Shown here piece after piece: positions 10,154-22,383 of a DNA stretch of 64,000 bases. Each line of letters opens with the position of its first letter. Within the stretch, counting starts at the first letter, position 1. The stretch comes from a virus, in IMG/VR virus record IMGVR_UViG_3300047564_003078, positions 1-64,000 of that record. One strand, given 5' to 3'. The notes below the pieces were generated by a model. It saw nothing but the letters and a program-made list of their open reading frames with translations, did no database searches and was not told the DNA's origin. The translations under genes and the position numbers were made by a program.

Positions 10154-13100
10154 ATGGCTTTAGTATCACCAGGTGTACAGGTTAATGTAATCGACGAGAG
10201 TTTTTACACTCCAGCCGAGCCAGGTACCACACCAATTATATTTGTAGCAACAAAAGAAAATAAAACAAACCCAGGCGGTACAGGTATTGCTCCTGGTACA
10301 TTAAAATCAAATGCTGGTAAAGTATACCTAATGAGTTCACAGCGTGAGTTAGCTGAAACCTTTGGTGATCCAACATTTTACACAGATGCAAACAACAATC
10401 CGATACATGGTGGCGAGCAAAACGAATACGGCTTGCAAGCTGCTTACAGTTTCCTTGGTGTAGCAAATAGAGCATACGTAGTTCGTGCAGATGTTGACCT
10501 GGCAGCACTTACAGCCAGTGCAGAAGAAACTGCCGGTAAGCCTACAGATAACTCATATTGGTTTGATACAAATGATTCGTTATATGGTATCTTTGAGTGG
10601 AATGGTGCAGCCGCAACTACAACAAACGGACAAAGCTTTTCAAACAAAGTTCCTACTGTAATTACAGATACTACTAAAGTTGTTAACTATACAGGCGGCG
10701 ATTATACCCCAAAGGGCAGCGTAGGTGCACTAGGTGATTATGCACTTGTCGCAGTAACAAACGTAAATCGTTTATGGTACAAGTCAGCAGGATATGGCAC
10801 CAATCATACAACAACCAAAGGTACATGGGTGCCAGTCGGTAGTGCAAACTGGAAAGCAAGTCATGCATTTGTAACTGGTACAGCAGCTAACCCATCTATC
10901 ACAGCAGGACATTCTATTATATTCAGCTTAACTAGCGATAGTAGTGGTACACAGTATGAAGTAATTGCAACTGGTACTACACTTGCAAGCCTAGTAAGCG
11001 ATATCAACGGTACATCAGCATTGGTTACAGCAGGTATTACTGCACAGGTAAAAAATAGCAGACTAGCTCTTTATTACAGCGGTAGTGCAGGCGATGTTGT
11101 TGAAATTTATGGTACAGATGCTCTATTTACAGCAATCGGTATTGCTCAAGATGAATACTTTGCACCAGAAGTAACAATTGCACCGCATACCAGTGTTCCT
11201 TCATATAAGACTAACGATACAAACCCAAGACCTACTGGTAGTATTTGGGTTAAGACAACTACTCCTAATCTTGGAGCAAATTGGTCTGTTAAAAATTATT
11301 CAGCAAGCACTGCATCGTGGACAACTGTAAATGCACCATTGTATTCAACTGGTAACAGTGCAATATACGGTATTGACAGCACAGGCGGTGGTGCCAACAT
11401 TAGAGAAGGTTCACTGTTTGTACAGACAAACGTAGGTGAAGATTCTGAACCACTTGCAAACTTCAAAATTTATCGTAAAAATGCAAACGGTGCAACAACT
11501 ATTACCAGCAGTAAAATTATTTCAAGCTCATTCCCAAGTGGATCGTATTCATTTACTATCAGCGAGAGTTTAAGCGGTCAAGCAGCAATGGATACTGCAA
11601 AAACTATTTCGTTTACAGCAACAGGTGCTACAAGTGATGCAGAACTTATTGCAAATGCAATAAACGCAGCAGGGTTCACAAACGTAACTGCAAGCGTAGA
11701 TAGTCAAAACAGACTTGTAATTTCACATGCACTTGGCGGCGACATGAGAATTAACGATGCTGCAAATCAAATATTTGATAATATATATGAAGTTTTTGAT
11801 GCAACCGATCCTACTTCAACTGTTAACTTATACGAAAATCCTGCATTGGCAAACAACTACATTGCAAGTCTTTGGAAAGTGCTAACATACACTGCAAAGG
11901 ATGGCGAACCAACAACTGTTCCAGCTCAAGGTGCTCTATGGTATAGCAGTGTAGTAGACGAAGTTGACATGCTGTATCACAACGGTACTACTTGGGTAGG
12001 TTATAGAGACAGTGCAACTGGTTTCCCAAACACTGATCCAAATGGTCCAATTGTTGCAAACAGCGAACCAACCTTACAGTCAGATGGTTCTGCACTTCAA
12101 AATGGCGACATTTGGGTAAGCACTGCTGACATCGAAAATTATCCTACAATTTATCGTTACAACGGCTTAACAAGCAAGTTTGTGTTACTGGATAAAACAG
12201 ACCAAACAACTGAAAACGGTGTGCTATTTGCAGATGCACGTTACAATACAGCAGGTGCAAACAGTGATACAGCAGGTTCTATTGTAGACTTGCTAGAAAG
12301 CAACTATCTTGATCCAGATGCTCCAGATCCTGCACTGTATCCAAAAGGTATGCTATTGTGGAATCTACGCAGAAGTGGTTTCAATGTAAAGCGTTTCGAA
12401 AGAAACTGGATTGACGTAAACGATTTAAATACTCGCTTTGGTGATGAGTCAATGGCTGGTTACAAAGCAAATCGTTGGGTAACTGAAAGTGCTAATGAAG
12501 TTGACGGTTCTGGTAGCTTTGGACGTAAAGCACAGCGTAAGGTTGTTGTACAAGCTCTACAATCATTACTAAACAGCAATCAAGATATTCGCGACGATGA
12601 AACAAGAATTTTCAACTTGATGGCAACACCTGGTTATCCAGAACTTATCGGTGAAATGATTACCCTAAACAATGACAGAGGCTTAACAGCATTTATCGTA
12701 GGCGATAGCCCAATGAGACTACAGCCAAATACAACTGCAATTAGCAACTGGGCAACAAACGTAAATCTAGCTGTTGAAGACAACGATCTAGGTTTAGTTA
12801 GCAGAGATGAATATCTTGGTGTATACTATCCATCAGGTTTCAGCAGTGACAATGCAGGTAACAATATTGTTGTGCCAGCAAGTCACATGGCACTACGTAC
12901 TATTGCACTTAACGACCAAGTTGCATATCCATGGTTTGCACCAGCAGGTACAAGACGTGGCGGTGTAACTAATGCAACTGCAAGTGGCTATATTAGTTCA
13001 GAAGGCGAATTTGTAAGTGTTGCACTTAACGAAGGTCAACGTGATACTCTATACCAAAACAATGTAAACCCAATTACATTCCTAAATGGTGCAGGACTAG

Positions 13101-13462
13101 TAGTATTTGGTCAAAAGACTCGTGCAAGAAATGCAAGTGCTCTTGACAGAATTAACGTTGCAAGACTGGTAATTTATCTACGCAGTCAACTTAAAACACT
13201 TGCTAAGCCTTACATCTTTGAACCAAACGATAAAATCACACGTGATGAAATCAAACAACAGGTTGAAAGCTTAATGGTTGAGCTAATTGGTCTAAGAGCA
13301 ATTTATGACTACTTGGTAGTTTGTGATGAAACCAATAATACACCGAGCAGAATCGATCGCAACGAACTTTATGTAGATATTGCTATCGAACCAGTGAAGG
13401 CTGTAGAATTTATTTACATTCCGCTACGCCTTAAAAACACAGGAGAAATCGCAGGTTTATAA
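10154..13462 (+). CDS. gp18: Contractile tail sheath protein
   Basis: MALVSPGV start, PWFAPAGTRRG, RDTLYQNNVNPI, GQKT, RINVARL, FEPND, P.KAVEFIYI. Confidence 0.95.
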   Translation: MALVSPGVQVNVIDESFYTPAEPGTTPIIFVATKENKTNPGGTGIAPGTLKSNAGKVYLMSSQRELAETFGDPTFYTDANNNPIHGGEQNEYGLQAAYSFLGVANRAYVVRADVDLAALTASAEETAGKPTDNSYWFDTNDSLYGIFEWNGAAATTTNGQSFSNKVPTVITDTTKVVNYTGGDYTPKGSVGALGDYALVAVTNVNRLWYKSAGYGTNHTTTKGTWVPVGSANWKASHAFVTGTAANPSITAGHSIIFSLTSDSSGTQYEVIATGTTLASLVSDINGTSALVTAGITAQVKNSRLALYYSGSAGDVVEIYGTDALFTAIGIAQDEYFAPEVTIAPHTSVPSYKTNDTNPRPTGSIWVKTTTPNLGANWSVKNYSASTASWTTVNAPLYSTGNSAIYGIDSTGGGANIREGSLFVQTNVGEDSEPLANFKIYRKNANGATTITSSKIISSSFPSGSYSFTISESLSGQAAMDTAKTISFTATGATSDAELIANAINAAGFTNVTASVDSQNRLVISHALGGDMRINDAANQIFDNIYEVFDATDPTSTVNLYENPALANNYIASLWKVLTYTAKDGEPTTVPAQGALWYSSVVDEVDMLYHNGTTWVGYRDSATGFPNTDPNGPIVANSEPTLQSDGSALQNGDIWVSTADIENYPTIYRYNGLTSKFVLLDKTDQTTENGVLFADARYNTAGANSDTAGSIVDLLESNYLDPDAPDPALYPKGMLLWNLRRSGFNVKRFERNWIDVNDLNTRFGDESMAGYKANRWVTESANEVDGSGSFGRKAQRKVVVQALQSLLNSNQDIRDDETRIFNLMATPGYPELIGEMITLNNDRGLTAFIVGDSPMRLQPNTTAISNWATNVNLAVEDNDLGLVSRDEYLGVYYPSGFSSDNAGNNIVVPASHMALRTIALNDQVAYPWFAPAGTRRGGVTNATASGYISSEGEFVSVALNEGQRDTLYQNNVNPITFLNGAGLVVFGQKTRARNASALDRINVARLVIYLRSQLKTLAKPYIFEPNDKITRDEIKQQVESLMVELIGLRAIYDYLVVCDETNNTPSRIDRNELYVDIAIEPVKAVEFIYIPLRLKNTGEIAGL

Positions 13463-13472
13463 TATCATAAAC

Positions 13473-13500
13473 ATTAGGGTCGATGAAAGTCGACCCTAAT
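13473..13500 (+). terminator. 11-bp perfect hairpin after gp18
   Basis: attagggtcga-tgaaag-tcgaccctaat; lacks a U tract, so may be a processing or stability stem. Confidence 0.55.
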
Positions 13501-13532
13501 ATGATAAATACTTGTGAATAGGAGAATATTAT

Positions 13533-14150
13533 ATGGCAATCTCATCACTAAGCAAAATTACAGTTCCATTAGCAACCAACGATAGTGCATCAGCACAAGG
13601 TTTGCTAATGCCAAAACTACAATATCGCTTCCGTGTTACACTAGAAGGATTTGGTGTAAGTACTCCGACTACTGAACTTACAAAGCAAGTAGTAGATGTT
13701 ACTCGTCCAAATATTACTTTTGAAAGCATGGAAATTCCAGTGTATAATTCAAAAGTTTACCTTGCAGGCAAGCATACTTGGAACCCACTTACACTTAACT
13801 TACGCGAAGATGTTAACAACAACGTACAAAAGCTTGTTGGCGAACAACTACAAAAGCAATTTGACTTTATGGAACAAGCAAGTGCTGCATCCGGTATTGA
13901 CTACAAGTTCTTAACAAGAATTGAAATTCTAGATGGCGGTAATGGTGCATTTACGCCAACTGTACTAGAAACATGGGAAGCATATGGTTGCTTTATCACT
14001 GAAGCAAATTACGGCACACTTGCTTATGCAAACAACGAACCTGTTAGTGTTGCACTTACTATACAATATGACAACGCAATTCAATTAGGTGAAGGTGTTG
14101 GTCAAAATGTAGGAAGAACTACTGGTACATCAACTACTGGTGCTGGCTGA
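13533..14150 (+). CDS. gp19: Tail tube protein
   Basis: Follows sheath; PKLQYRFRV, YLAGKHTW, TIQYDNA; TAAATA plus GGAG upstream. Confidence 0.85.
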   Translation: MAISSLSKITVPLATNDSASAQGLLMPKLQYRFRVTLEGFGVSTPTTELTKQVVDVTRPNITFESMEIPVYNSKVYLAGKHTWNPLTLNLREDVNNNVQKLVGEQLQKQFDFMEQASAASGIDYKFLTRIEILDGGNGAFTPTVLETWEAYGCFITEANYGTLAYANNEPVSVALTIQYDNAIQLGEGVGQNVGRTTGTSTTGAG

Positions 14151-14175
14151 TAGTATCTAAAAATGATTGCCATAC

Positions 14176-14202
14176 AAAAAGGGGACTTGGTCCCCTTTTT
14201 TT
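14176..14202. terminator. Bidirectional intrinsic terminator
   Basis: aaaaa-gggga-cttgg-tcccc-ttttttt. Confidence 0.8.
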
Positions 14203-14239
14203 ATTATCTGCGTATATTATATTTTAGATAAATATATGT

Positions 14240-15295
14240 ATGAGTTACTTATCAGGTTTTTACGACAATTTTAAGCAGTTCGGCTCTCTTAAAGGCGATT
14301 TAGGAGATTATCAACATGCTTCGAGATTGTATAGAGCAAATAACTTTAGGCTTGCTCCTAAGTTTAAGCATCTTTATCATGTTGTATTAAACATAAATCC
14401 TTTTGTTAGAGAACGCAGTCCCTTAAGAGAACAGTTATATGTTCCAGAAGTAAACCTGTTGTGCAAAAGTGTAGATTTACCCAAATACAATATACAAACA
14501 GATACAGTAAATCAATACAACAGAAAAAAAGTAATTCAAACAAGAGTAGACTATCAACCTGTGAATATGTCTTTTCATGATGACAATGCTGGCTTGACAA
14601 CATTATTATGGGAGTCATATTTTCGTTATTACTATACCGATAGCAATTATGTAGAAAAAAATCCCGACGGTACTCCTGCAATTACAGTAGATGCTTATGC
14701 TCGTGGACCAAACGGTATTAACAATGTATACAGTACCGGTGAATCTCAAAGTTACAGATTTGGGTTGGACAGACCTAACAAAGCAGCCAACTTCTTTACA
14801 AGCATTGTGGTGTATCAGTTGTCCCCGCAAAATAGTCAAAGCACATATACAAGTTTTACTTTGATCAATCCATATATAGAAGCATTCCAACACGATTCTA
14901 TGGTTGCCGAAGGAACCAACTTTAGTGAAAACATATTAACTATATCTTATGAAGCAGTTCAATATAACAGAGGTTATACCAAAGTAGACAGTGCTCCTCC
15001 TAGCTTTGGTACTTGGCATTATGATAATACACCAAGTCCTTTATCAGCAGATCAATCAATTGTATCGGCATCGCTTGCCACAATTGCAGGATCTAATAAT
15101 ACAATACCTGAATTGAAAGATGGAAACTATAGACCGTCACTGACTGTTTCTCAATTAAAAGTTCCTAACTTAAAAGATTTACAATCTCAAAAATCAGTCA
15201 CCGGAACAGTGACAGAAAACAACTTTGGCAGTACAGCGTTTCCATCATCGGCAGTACAAGGTTCGGTTACAGAAGCAACACAGTCAAATATATAA
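14240..15295 (+). CDS. Tail-tube-fold baseplate/tube initiator protein (gp54/gp48-like)
   Basis: KSVDLPKY...NQYNRK...YQPVNMSFHDD...TISYE resembles tube fold; position after gp19. Confidence 0.55.
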   Translation: MSYLSGFYDNFKQFGSLKGDLGDYQHASRLYRANNFRLAPKFKHLYHVVLNINPFVRERSPLREQLYVPEVNLLCKSVDLPKYNIQTDTVNQYNRKKVIQTRVDYQPVNMSFHDDNAGLTTLLWESYFRYYYTDSNYVEKNPDGTPAITVDAYARGPNGINNVYSTGESQSYRFGLDRPNKAANFFTSIVVYQLSPQNSQSTYTSFTLINPYIEAFQHDSMVAEGTNFSENILTISYEAVQYNRGYTKVDSAPPSFGTWHYDNTPSPLSADQSIVSASLATIAGSNNTIPELKDGNYRPSLTVSQLKVPNLKDLQSQKSVTGTVTENNFGSTAFPSSAVQGSVTEATQSNI

Positions 15296-15304
15296 GGTAA
15301 AAAA

Positions 15305-15673
15305 ATGTCTAGCACAGAACAAATAACACCAACAACAGACAGTCAACAACCAACAAGAGAAATATTTGATAGATTTTTTACCAAATCTATTTCCTATCCA
15401 AGCAACAAGGTTGACGCAGTAATTGGTTTTTTTGAAAAAAGAGGGTTTGATAAAAATGCTGCAATCAGTGTTGCAAGTGTTTTACTTGAACAATCTGTTA
15501 TCGACGGTGTGAACGTGTTTGAATTATTAGACAAACTAAAAGGTTATGATAACATCAAATTAAACAGTTTAGTCACTGCAATATTAAACAACAGTAGAAG
15601 TAAAATAAGCAAGCTTGGATATCGTCAAGAACGAGAAATCAATCAATTAGAATATCGTAATGTTATAGTATAA
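15305..15673 (+). CDS. Hypothetical protein
   Basis: ORF with SD, coupled by TAATG to the next gene. Confidence 0.6.
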   Translation: MSSTEQITPTTDSQQPTREIFDRFFTKSISYPSNKVDAVIGFFEKRGFDKNAAISVASVLLEQSVIDGVNVFELLDKLKGYDNIKLNSLVTAILNNSRSKISKLGYRQEREINQLEYRNVIV

Positions 15674-16110
15674 TGTCAAAATATGCACAAGGAAAATTTA
15701 CACCAAAAAATCCAGAAAAGTATGTAGGAGGAAGATCGCCTACATACAGGAGCAGTTGGGAATTTGCCTTTATGAGATTTTGCGACGAACATCCTAGCGT
15801 CAATCGTTGGGCCAGTGAAGCAATTAAAATTCCATATAGAAATCCGTTTACTGGTAAATTTACAATTTATGTGCCTGATTTTTTTATAGAATATGTTGAT
15901 AAGACTGGCAAAAGACATGTTGAGATTATAGAAGTTAAACCTATTAATCAAACAGTGTTAGAAAAAACCGGAAGAAACAAAAGAAATCAAGCTCACTTTG
16001 TTTTAAATCAAGCCAAATGGGAAGCTGCTAGAGCGTGGTCAAAACAAAACAATATATTGTTTAGAATAGTAAGCGAAGAAGATATTTTTCATACTGGCAA
16101 ACGTAGATAA
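15673..16110 (+). CDS. gp4: Head completion nuclease (T4 gp4, TnsA-like PD-(D/E)xK)
   Basis: YRSSWE, YVPDF, EVKP, NQAKWEAA. Confidence 0.85.
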   Translation: MSKYAQGKFTPKNPEKYVGGRSPTYRSSWEFAFMRFCDEHPSVNRWASEAIKIPYRNPFTGKFTIYVPDFFIEYVDKTGKRHVEIIEVKPINQTVLEKTGRNKRNQAHFVLNQAKWEAARAWSKQNNILFRIVSEEDIFHTGKRR

Positions 16111-16139
16111 ATAATAGTAGTATATAATGGGATATTACT

Positions 16140-16628
16140 ATGACCAAAAAACTTGAAGATTTATTGGGTTTACCTGAATCCAAAGAAATAATTGCAGAAG
16201 AAAAAAAGGGAAAAATAGTTCCGCCTTCTCAAGAAGACACATTTAGAGATATTGCTGAGTTAGATAAAATAGCCGCTGCATTACCAGCAGTTCAAGGCTT
16301 AGGCGAAATGGCTGACAGAGAACTCAATGAAGTTGCAGACAAAGCCATGCAAGCATACGAAGATTTAATGGATCTCGGAATGAATGTTGAAGCACGTTAC
16401 AGCGGCAGGGTATTTGAAGTTGCTGGAAACATGCTACGTACTAACTTGGATGCCAAAGTTGCCAAGCTAGATAAAAAATTAAAGATGGTTGAATTACAAC
16501 TTAAGAAGCAAAAACTAGACAGCGATACGTTTAACGATAATGGTGGATTCACTGAAGGCGAAGGGTATGTGGTTACTGATAGAAATAGTCTACTACAGCG
16601 TCTAAAAGGCCTTGATAAAGATAAATAA
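16140..16628 (+). CDS. Possible terminase small subunit
   Basis: Helical protein, RVFEVAGNML...LKKQK and C-terminal TDRNSLL; upstream of large terminase. Confidence 0.4.
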   Translation: MTKKLEDLLGLPESKEIIAEEKKGKIVPPSQEDTFRDIAELDKIAAALPAVQGLGEMADRELNEVADKAMQAYEDLMDLGMNVEARYSGRVFEVAGNMLRTNLDAKVAKLDKKLKMVELQLKKQKLDSDTFNDNGGFTEGEGYVVTDRNSLLQRLKGLDKDK

Positions 16629-16652
16629 TACTAATAATAGGATCCTACAATT

Positions 16653-17201
16653 ATGAAAAGTTTTAAAGAATACCTAAGCGAGTCTAAAAAGACTTATCCT
16701 TTCAAAATAGTAGTTGCCGGCGACTTACCAGAAGAGTTTAACAGTCGCCTACGCACTGCAATGGAAAGATTTGGATTAGCATCAATGAGCGGTGGTAAAA
16801 AAACACCAATACAAGAACGCCCATTAGATTTTCCACAATTAGAAAACACAGAAGTTACATTTTGGGATGTAGAAGTAAATTATCCAACCACTGATTCAGT
16901 TGTGAAAAATTACCTAGGACAATGCTGTAGTATACACGAATCACACATAGTTGTAAGAAACGCAAACAGTTCTTTGGAAAAACAAAACAAACAAGAAACA
17001 GATACTACCTATGAGACACTGCTTACCAAAGAAGAACTAGGCGGCGAAAGTGCCCAAAACAGTGTAGGTAACAATCGTATAATGGAACTATTAAAAGAAT
17101 TAGAAGCCGCACGCAAAGAGCGTGCAGACGGTACCGACGGCTTTAAGGCAGAGGCTATAAAAGAGGAACCGCAAAACACCAAAAGTGCAATGGGGAGTTA
17201 A
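16653..17201 (+). CDS. Probable virion/internal head protein
   Basis: MKSFKEYLSE resembles T4 internal-protein capsid targeting sequence; late promoter. Confidence 0.5.
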   Translation: MKSFKEYLSESKKTYPFKIVVAGDLPEEFNSRLRTAMERFGLASMSGGKKTPIQERPLDFPQLENTEVTFWDVEVNYPTTDSVVKNYLGQCCSIHESHIVVRNANSSLEKQNKQETDTTYETLLTKEELGGESAQNSVGNNRIMELLKELEAARKERADGTDGFKAEAIKEEPQNTKSAMGS

Positions 17202-17203
17202 TC

Positions 17204-18973
17204 ATGAGCGATATGCGTAAAATTTTAAAAAGCTTTGATGCTGTACAGAGAAAAACATTAAATGAAGCATTTGTTGTAGAATGCCCACCAGATATGCCAA
17301 CTATGGAAACTGGCGGAGATTTAAGTATTAACATTACCGGCGATGCTGCGAGTATGTCACAAATACTTAGAGCACTTGCAGGAATTCAAGGCGGAAGAAT
17401 GTCAATGGGTACATCTATGCATGACGACCCTAGCAATCCAGGCCGTGATGACGTAGAAGGCGACCAGGATCTAAACCAAGGAATAATTGGTACAACACTA
17501 GGCGGAGCACTAGGTGCCGGCTTAGGATTAGCAACAGGTGCAGGTCCAATGGCTACTACACTTGGTGCATTGTCTGGGGCTGCCGCAGGTGATAGTCTTA
17601 CTGATCGAGACGAAGATGATCCACGTATTCCAGGACGTGATGATGTCGAAGGTGATATGGATTTACAACAAGGTGTATTAGGCAATATAGGTACAACTGC
17701 TGGACAAACTGTTAAACACGGAGCAGTAGGTGCCGGCATAGGTGCAGCATTAGGTGGTGCAGCAGGAATGGCGTTAGGCGGTCCTGCAGGTGCAATACAA
17801 GGTGCTAAACTAGGCGGTCTCGGAGGAGCAGCATTAGGTGGTGCTGCTGGCCGAGGTGCTGCTACTGCTAAAATGACCAAACGAGAACTACAGGCTGGCT
17901 CTAAAGACAATCCACGTATTCCCGGTCGTGATGATGTCGATGGTGATACAGATTTACAACAAGACATCAGTGGTTTAGCAACCGGAGCATTAGATGCTCT
18001 TAAAGGTTTTGGTGCTCAGGCAGCAGATGCAGTAGCACAAGGTTCTCAAGCAGCCGGAGACGCTATTACTACTGGTGCTAAAGCCGCAGGAGATGCAGCG
18101 GCAAGTACTGGACTTGGACAACGTGCAATCGGTGCAATGGGTCAAGCAAGCGACTGGGCAGCCGATAAAGGTGCTAGTATCGGTTCAAAGATAGGAAGTG
18201 CTTTAGGTGGTGCATACGGTGGTGCTACAGATGGCATAACAGGAGCAGGTATAGGAGCAGGACTTGGCGGTTACAAGGGTGCAGAAATTGGTGCACAAAT
18301 TGGTAAAGTTGCTCCGGCGGCAGCAGCGGCAGGTGCTGGCCTAGCAGTTGGATCAAAAGCACTAGGTGGTTCGGGTGATAAAAAACTAAGACAAAGTGCA
18401 GCAGAGATGGAATCGGAATATGATGCGTCAACTGAACCAAATGAAAAATATTGGGATCACAAACTTATGACCAAAGACTTAAGTGGCGGCATCAATCGTC
18501 AAAAGAAAATGCATAAGCCAGCAGCAAAGGGCGACAACCCAATGGCAGTTGAAATGAAATCCCGTCTTGAAGCTAAACTTGCAGAAAAGAAAAATGCAAA
18601 ACCAGACTTCCTTGATATGGACAAAGACGGCAACAAAAAAGAGCCAATGAAAAAGGCTGTTGCTGATAAGAAAAAAGCACCCTTTAAGGAAGGTACTACT
18701 AACTGGCGTGGTGAAGAAGTTAATCCACAAGTAGGCGATATGGTTGAATTGTATGCTTCATATGACGACGGTTCTCCTATTAGAGGTATAATAGTAGGCC
18801 CTGGTACAAGAGGCGAAAGTTCATTTGCTATCAAGTTTAAAAATATGTTAGGCAAAATTGTGGTAGATTCTTTCCATGCTAATGATGAATTTGAAGTTAT
18901 TAAAAAAGCAACAAACGAAGCAGCAGATTCAGAACTAGCTAGAATCAAACAAACATTATCAAGATTACTTTAA
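17204..18973 (+). CDS. Gly/Ala-rich glycine-zipper repeat protein, probable internal/ejection protein
   Basis: 3x PGRDDV(E/D)GDxDLxQ followed by GxxxG stretches; DMDKDG motif. Confidence 0.55.
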   Translation: MSDMRKILKSFDAVQRKTLNEAFVVECPPDMPTMETGGDLSINITGDAASMSQILRALAGIQGGRMSMGTSMHDDPSNPGRDDVEGDQDLNQGIIGTTLGGALGAGLGLATGAGPMATTLGALSGAAAGDSLTDRDEDDPRIPGRDDVEGDMDLQQGVLGNIGTTAGQTVKHGAVGAGIGAALGGAAGMALGGPAGAIQGAKLGGLGGAALGGAAGRGAATAKMTKRELQAGSKDNPRIPGRDDVDGDTDLQQDISGLATGALDALKGFGAQAADAVAQGSQAAGDAITTGAKAAGDAAASTGLGQRAIGAMGQASDWAADKGASIGSKIGSALGGAYGGATDGITGAGIGAGLGGYKGAEIGAQIGKVAPAAAAAGAGLAVGSKALGGSGDKKLRQSAAEMESEYDASTEPNEKYWDHKLMTKDLSGGINRQKKMHKPAAKGDNPMAVEMKSRLEAKLAEKKNAKPDFLDMDKDGNKKEPMKKAVADKKKAPFKEGTTNWRGEEVNPQVGDMVELYASYDDGSPIRGIIVGPGTRGESSFAIKFKNMLGKIVVDSFHANDEFEVIKKATNEAADSELARIKQTLSRLL

Positions 18974-18997
18974 GTCTTTGACTAACTGTAACAGGTC

Positions 18998-19025
18998 AAA
19001 TAGCACCTTCGGGTGCTATTTTTTT
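18998..19025 (+). terminator. Intrinsic terminator with cUUCGg tetraloop
   Basis: aaatagcacc-ttcg-ggtgctattttttt. Confidence 0.9.
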
Positions 19026-19039
19026 GACTAAATATTAAC

Positions 19040-20620
<1,581 letters not shown>

Positions 20621-20630
20621 TAAATACAAT

Positions 20631-22367
20631 ATGAAAAATTTAAATAGTATAGCATCTGATCTTTTCAATAAAATTAGAGGACGTTTTCAGGACGTTACTA
20701 TAGGCAACGAGAATGGCCAAGTTACTAATGTACCTGAAGATGCACGTTATTTCGATTTTAGCTTTCAAAATAATGGCGTTGACTTGGGCAAGGTCAGTGT
20801 AAGCTTAGATGAAGACGAAGGCATTGTTTTAGTAGTTGGTAGAGACATTGTTCAAAATCAAACAGAAGATATACAAGATCGTTGGTTTAATTTTTTAAAA
20901 GAATTAAGAGTTTTTGCAAAAAAAAGATTGCTTAACTTTGATGTAAGAGATATTAACAAAAGTAATTTAAACAAAAGAGATTACGAATTTTTAGCAGCAA
21001 ATCGTACCGGAGAAAAAACCATGGCCGAAACAAAAATGTATGGCACAAATAAAACCAGTTTTCAAAAAATTGGTAATGCACGTTTGGTTATCAAACATCA
21101 AGCACCGATTAACATGGAAAGCACAAGTGGACGTACACAAAAAATTAATGCAATTTTTATAGAATCTCCAGCAGGCGAAAGATTCCGTTATCCATACAAG
21201 CATTTAAGTGGTGCAAGAGCAATGGCAATGCACGTAAGCGAAGGTGGTCATGCGTATGATGACTTTGGCAAATACATTTCAGGCCTCAGCGAAGAAATGA
21301 CAAAACTGCGTAAGTTCAATCAGTACATGAATCGCAGTGCTGTAATGGCAGAAGGCTTGAAAGATTATTCCGGTGTTGTTAAAGAACGTGTTGCTATTGT
21401 TAAAAAAGAAATTCAAAATCTCCAAAAACCATCATATTATGCAGAAGCGTTAGCAAGTTATGTTGTACCTATGGTAGAAGACGTACCTGAAGATGTTGCA
21501 GAAAATTGGATAGACCAACTTACTATTAAACAATTCAATGAAGAATTAAAAGATGTGTTTCCTTACATTTATAGTCTTGTAGGCGAAGCAACTAAGGCAA
21601 AAGAATTAGAGTTTGAAGACATTGTTGCAGAAGCAGAAAAGCAAAAAGGCGTCGATGGTAAGGCATGTTGGGACGGCTACAAGCGTATGGGCACCAAAAT
21701 GAAAGGTGGCAAGCGTGTAGATAACTGTGTACCAATTAAAAAAGAATCTCTCGAAGGCATGGTTGAAGCAGCCGTTGACCAATTAATGGGTCAGTTTGCT
21801 GAAGCTACAATCGAAGAAGGTTTAGGCAGTTTATTAAAAAATATTGCAGGCAGTTTAAGAAATGCATTTAAGCCAGGTGTCGCAATTACTCCAGGCAGTG
21901 TTAAACAAGCAGAATATATTTTACAAAAAGTATTGCAAGGTGGATTTGATAGTCTTAACAATAGAGAAAGACAATTCATGACCAATTTTAGTGATGCAAC
22001 ACTTAAAGGTCTACAAGCACAGGCTGCTGAAGGCGAAGATAAAATTTCCAAAGATAAGCCAACTGACATGGATGTACAAATAGGTCCAGACGGTTCGATT
22101 GGCAAGGCCGATGCAGAACCTGAAAAAGAACAAACTCCAATCGGAGAATATATCTTAAGTTATTTTGACAGAGAAACTGGTAAATTTCCAAAAGGCGAGA
22201 CAGCAGTATTAACTGCGGTGCAAAAAGAATACGGCGACGAATCTGTTAAACCTGCCGCCCAATTTATGAAACAAATAGAGACTGTAGTAGCTCAGAAAAA
22301 GGCCGAATCAATGGCTCAAAGCCGTTACCCAGAAACAGAGATGATTAAAAGATTAGCAGGGGTATAA
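20631..22367 (+). CDS. Conserved hypothetical late protein (start re-set to ATG 20631)
   Basis: TAAATA-N4-ATG; internal CWDGY...NCVP module; ends IKRLAGV. Confidence 0.55.
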   Translation: MKNLNSIASDLFNKIRGRFQDVTIGNENGQVTNVPEDARYFDFSFQNNGVDLGKVSVSLDEDEGIVLVVGRDIVQNQTEDIQDRWFNFLKELRVFAKKRLLNFDVRDINKSNLNKRDYEFLAANRTGEKTMAETKMYGTNKTSFQKIGNARLVIKHQAPINMESTSGRTQKINAIFIESPAGERFRYPYKHLSGARAMAMHVSEGGHAYDDFGKYISGLSEEMTKLRKFNQYMNRSAVMAEGLKDYSGVVKERVAIVKKEIQNLQKPSYYAEALASYVVPMVEDVPEDVAENWIDQLTIKQFNEELKDVFPYIYSLVGEATKAKELEFEDIVAEAEKQKGVDGKACWDGYKRMGTKMKGGKRVDNCVPIKKESLEGMVEAAVDQLMGQFAEATIEEGLGSLLKNIAGSLRNAFKPGVAITPGSVKQAEYILQKVLQGGFDSLNNRERQFMTNFSDATLKGLQAQAAEGEDKISKDKPTDMDVQIGPDGSIGKADAEPEKEQTPIGEYILSYFDRETGKFPKGETAVLTAVQKEYGDESVKPAAQFMKQIETVVAQKKAESMAQSRYPETEMIKRLAGV

Positions 22368-22383
22368 CCCTGCTAATTCTTTT
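22352..22383 (+). terminator. Intrinsic terminator
   Basis: attagcaggg-gtataa-ccctgctaat followed by T-rich tail. Confidence 0.7.

Noticed and set aside
17386-18948. Minus-strand ORFs of 193 and 149 aa
   Set aside because: Shadow frames of the Gly/Ala-rich gene
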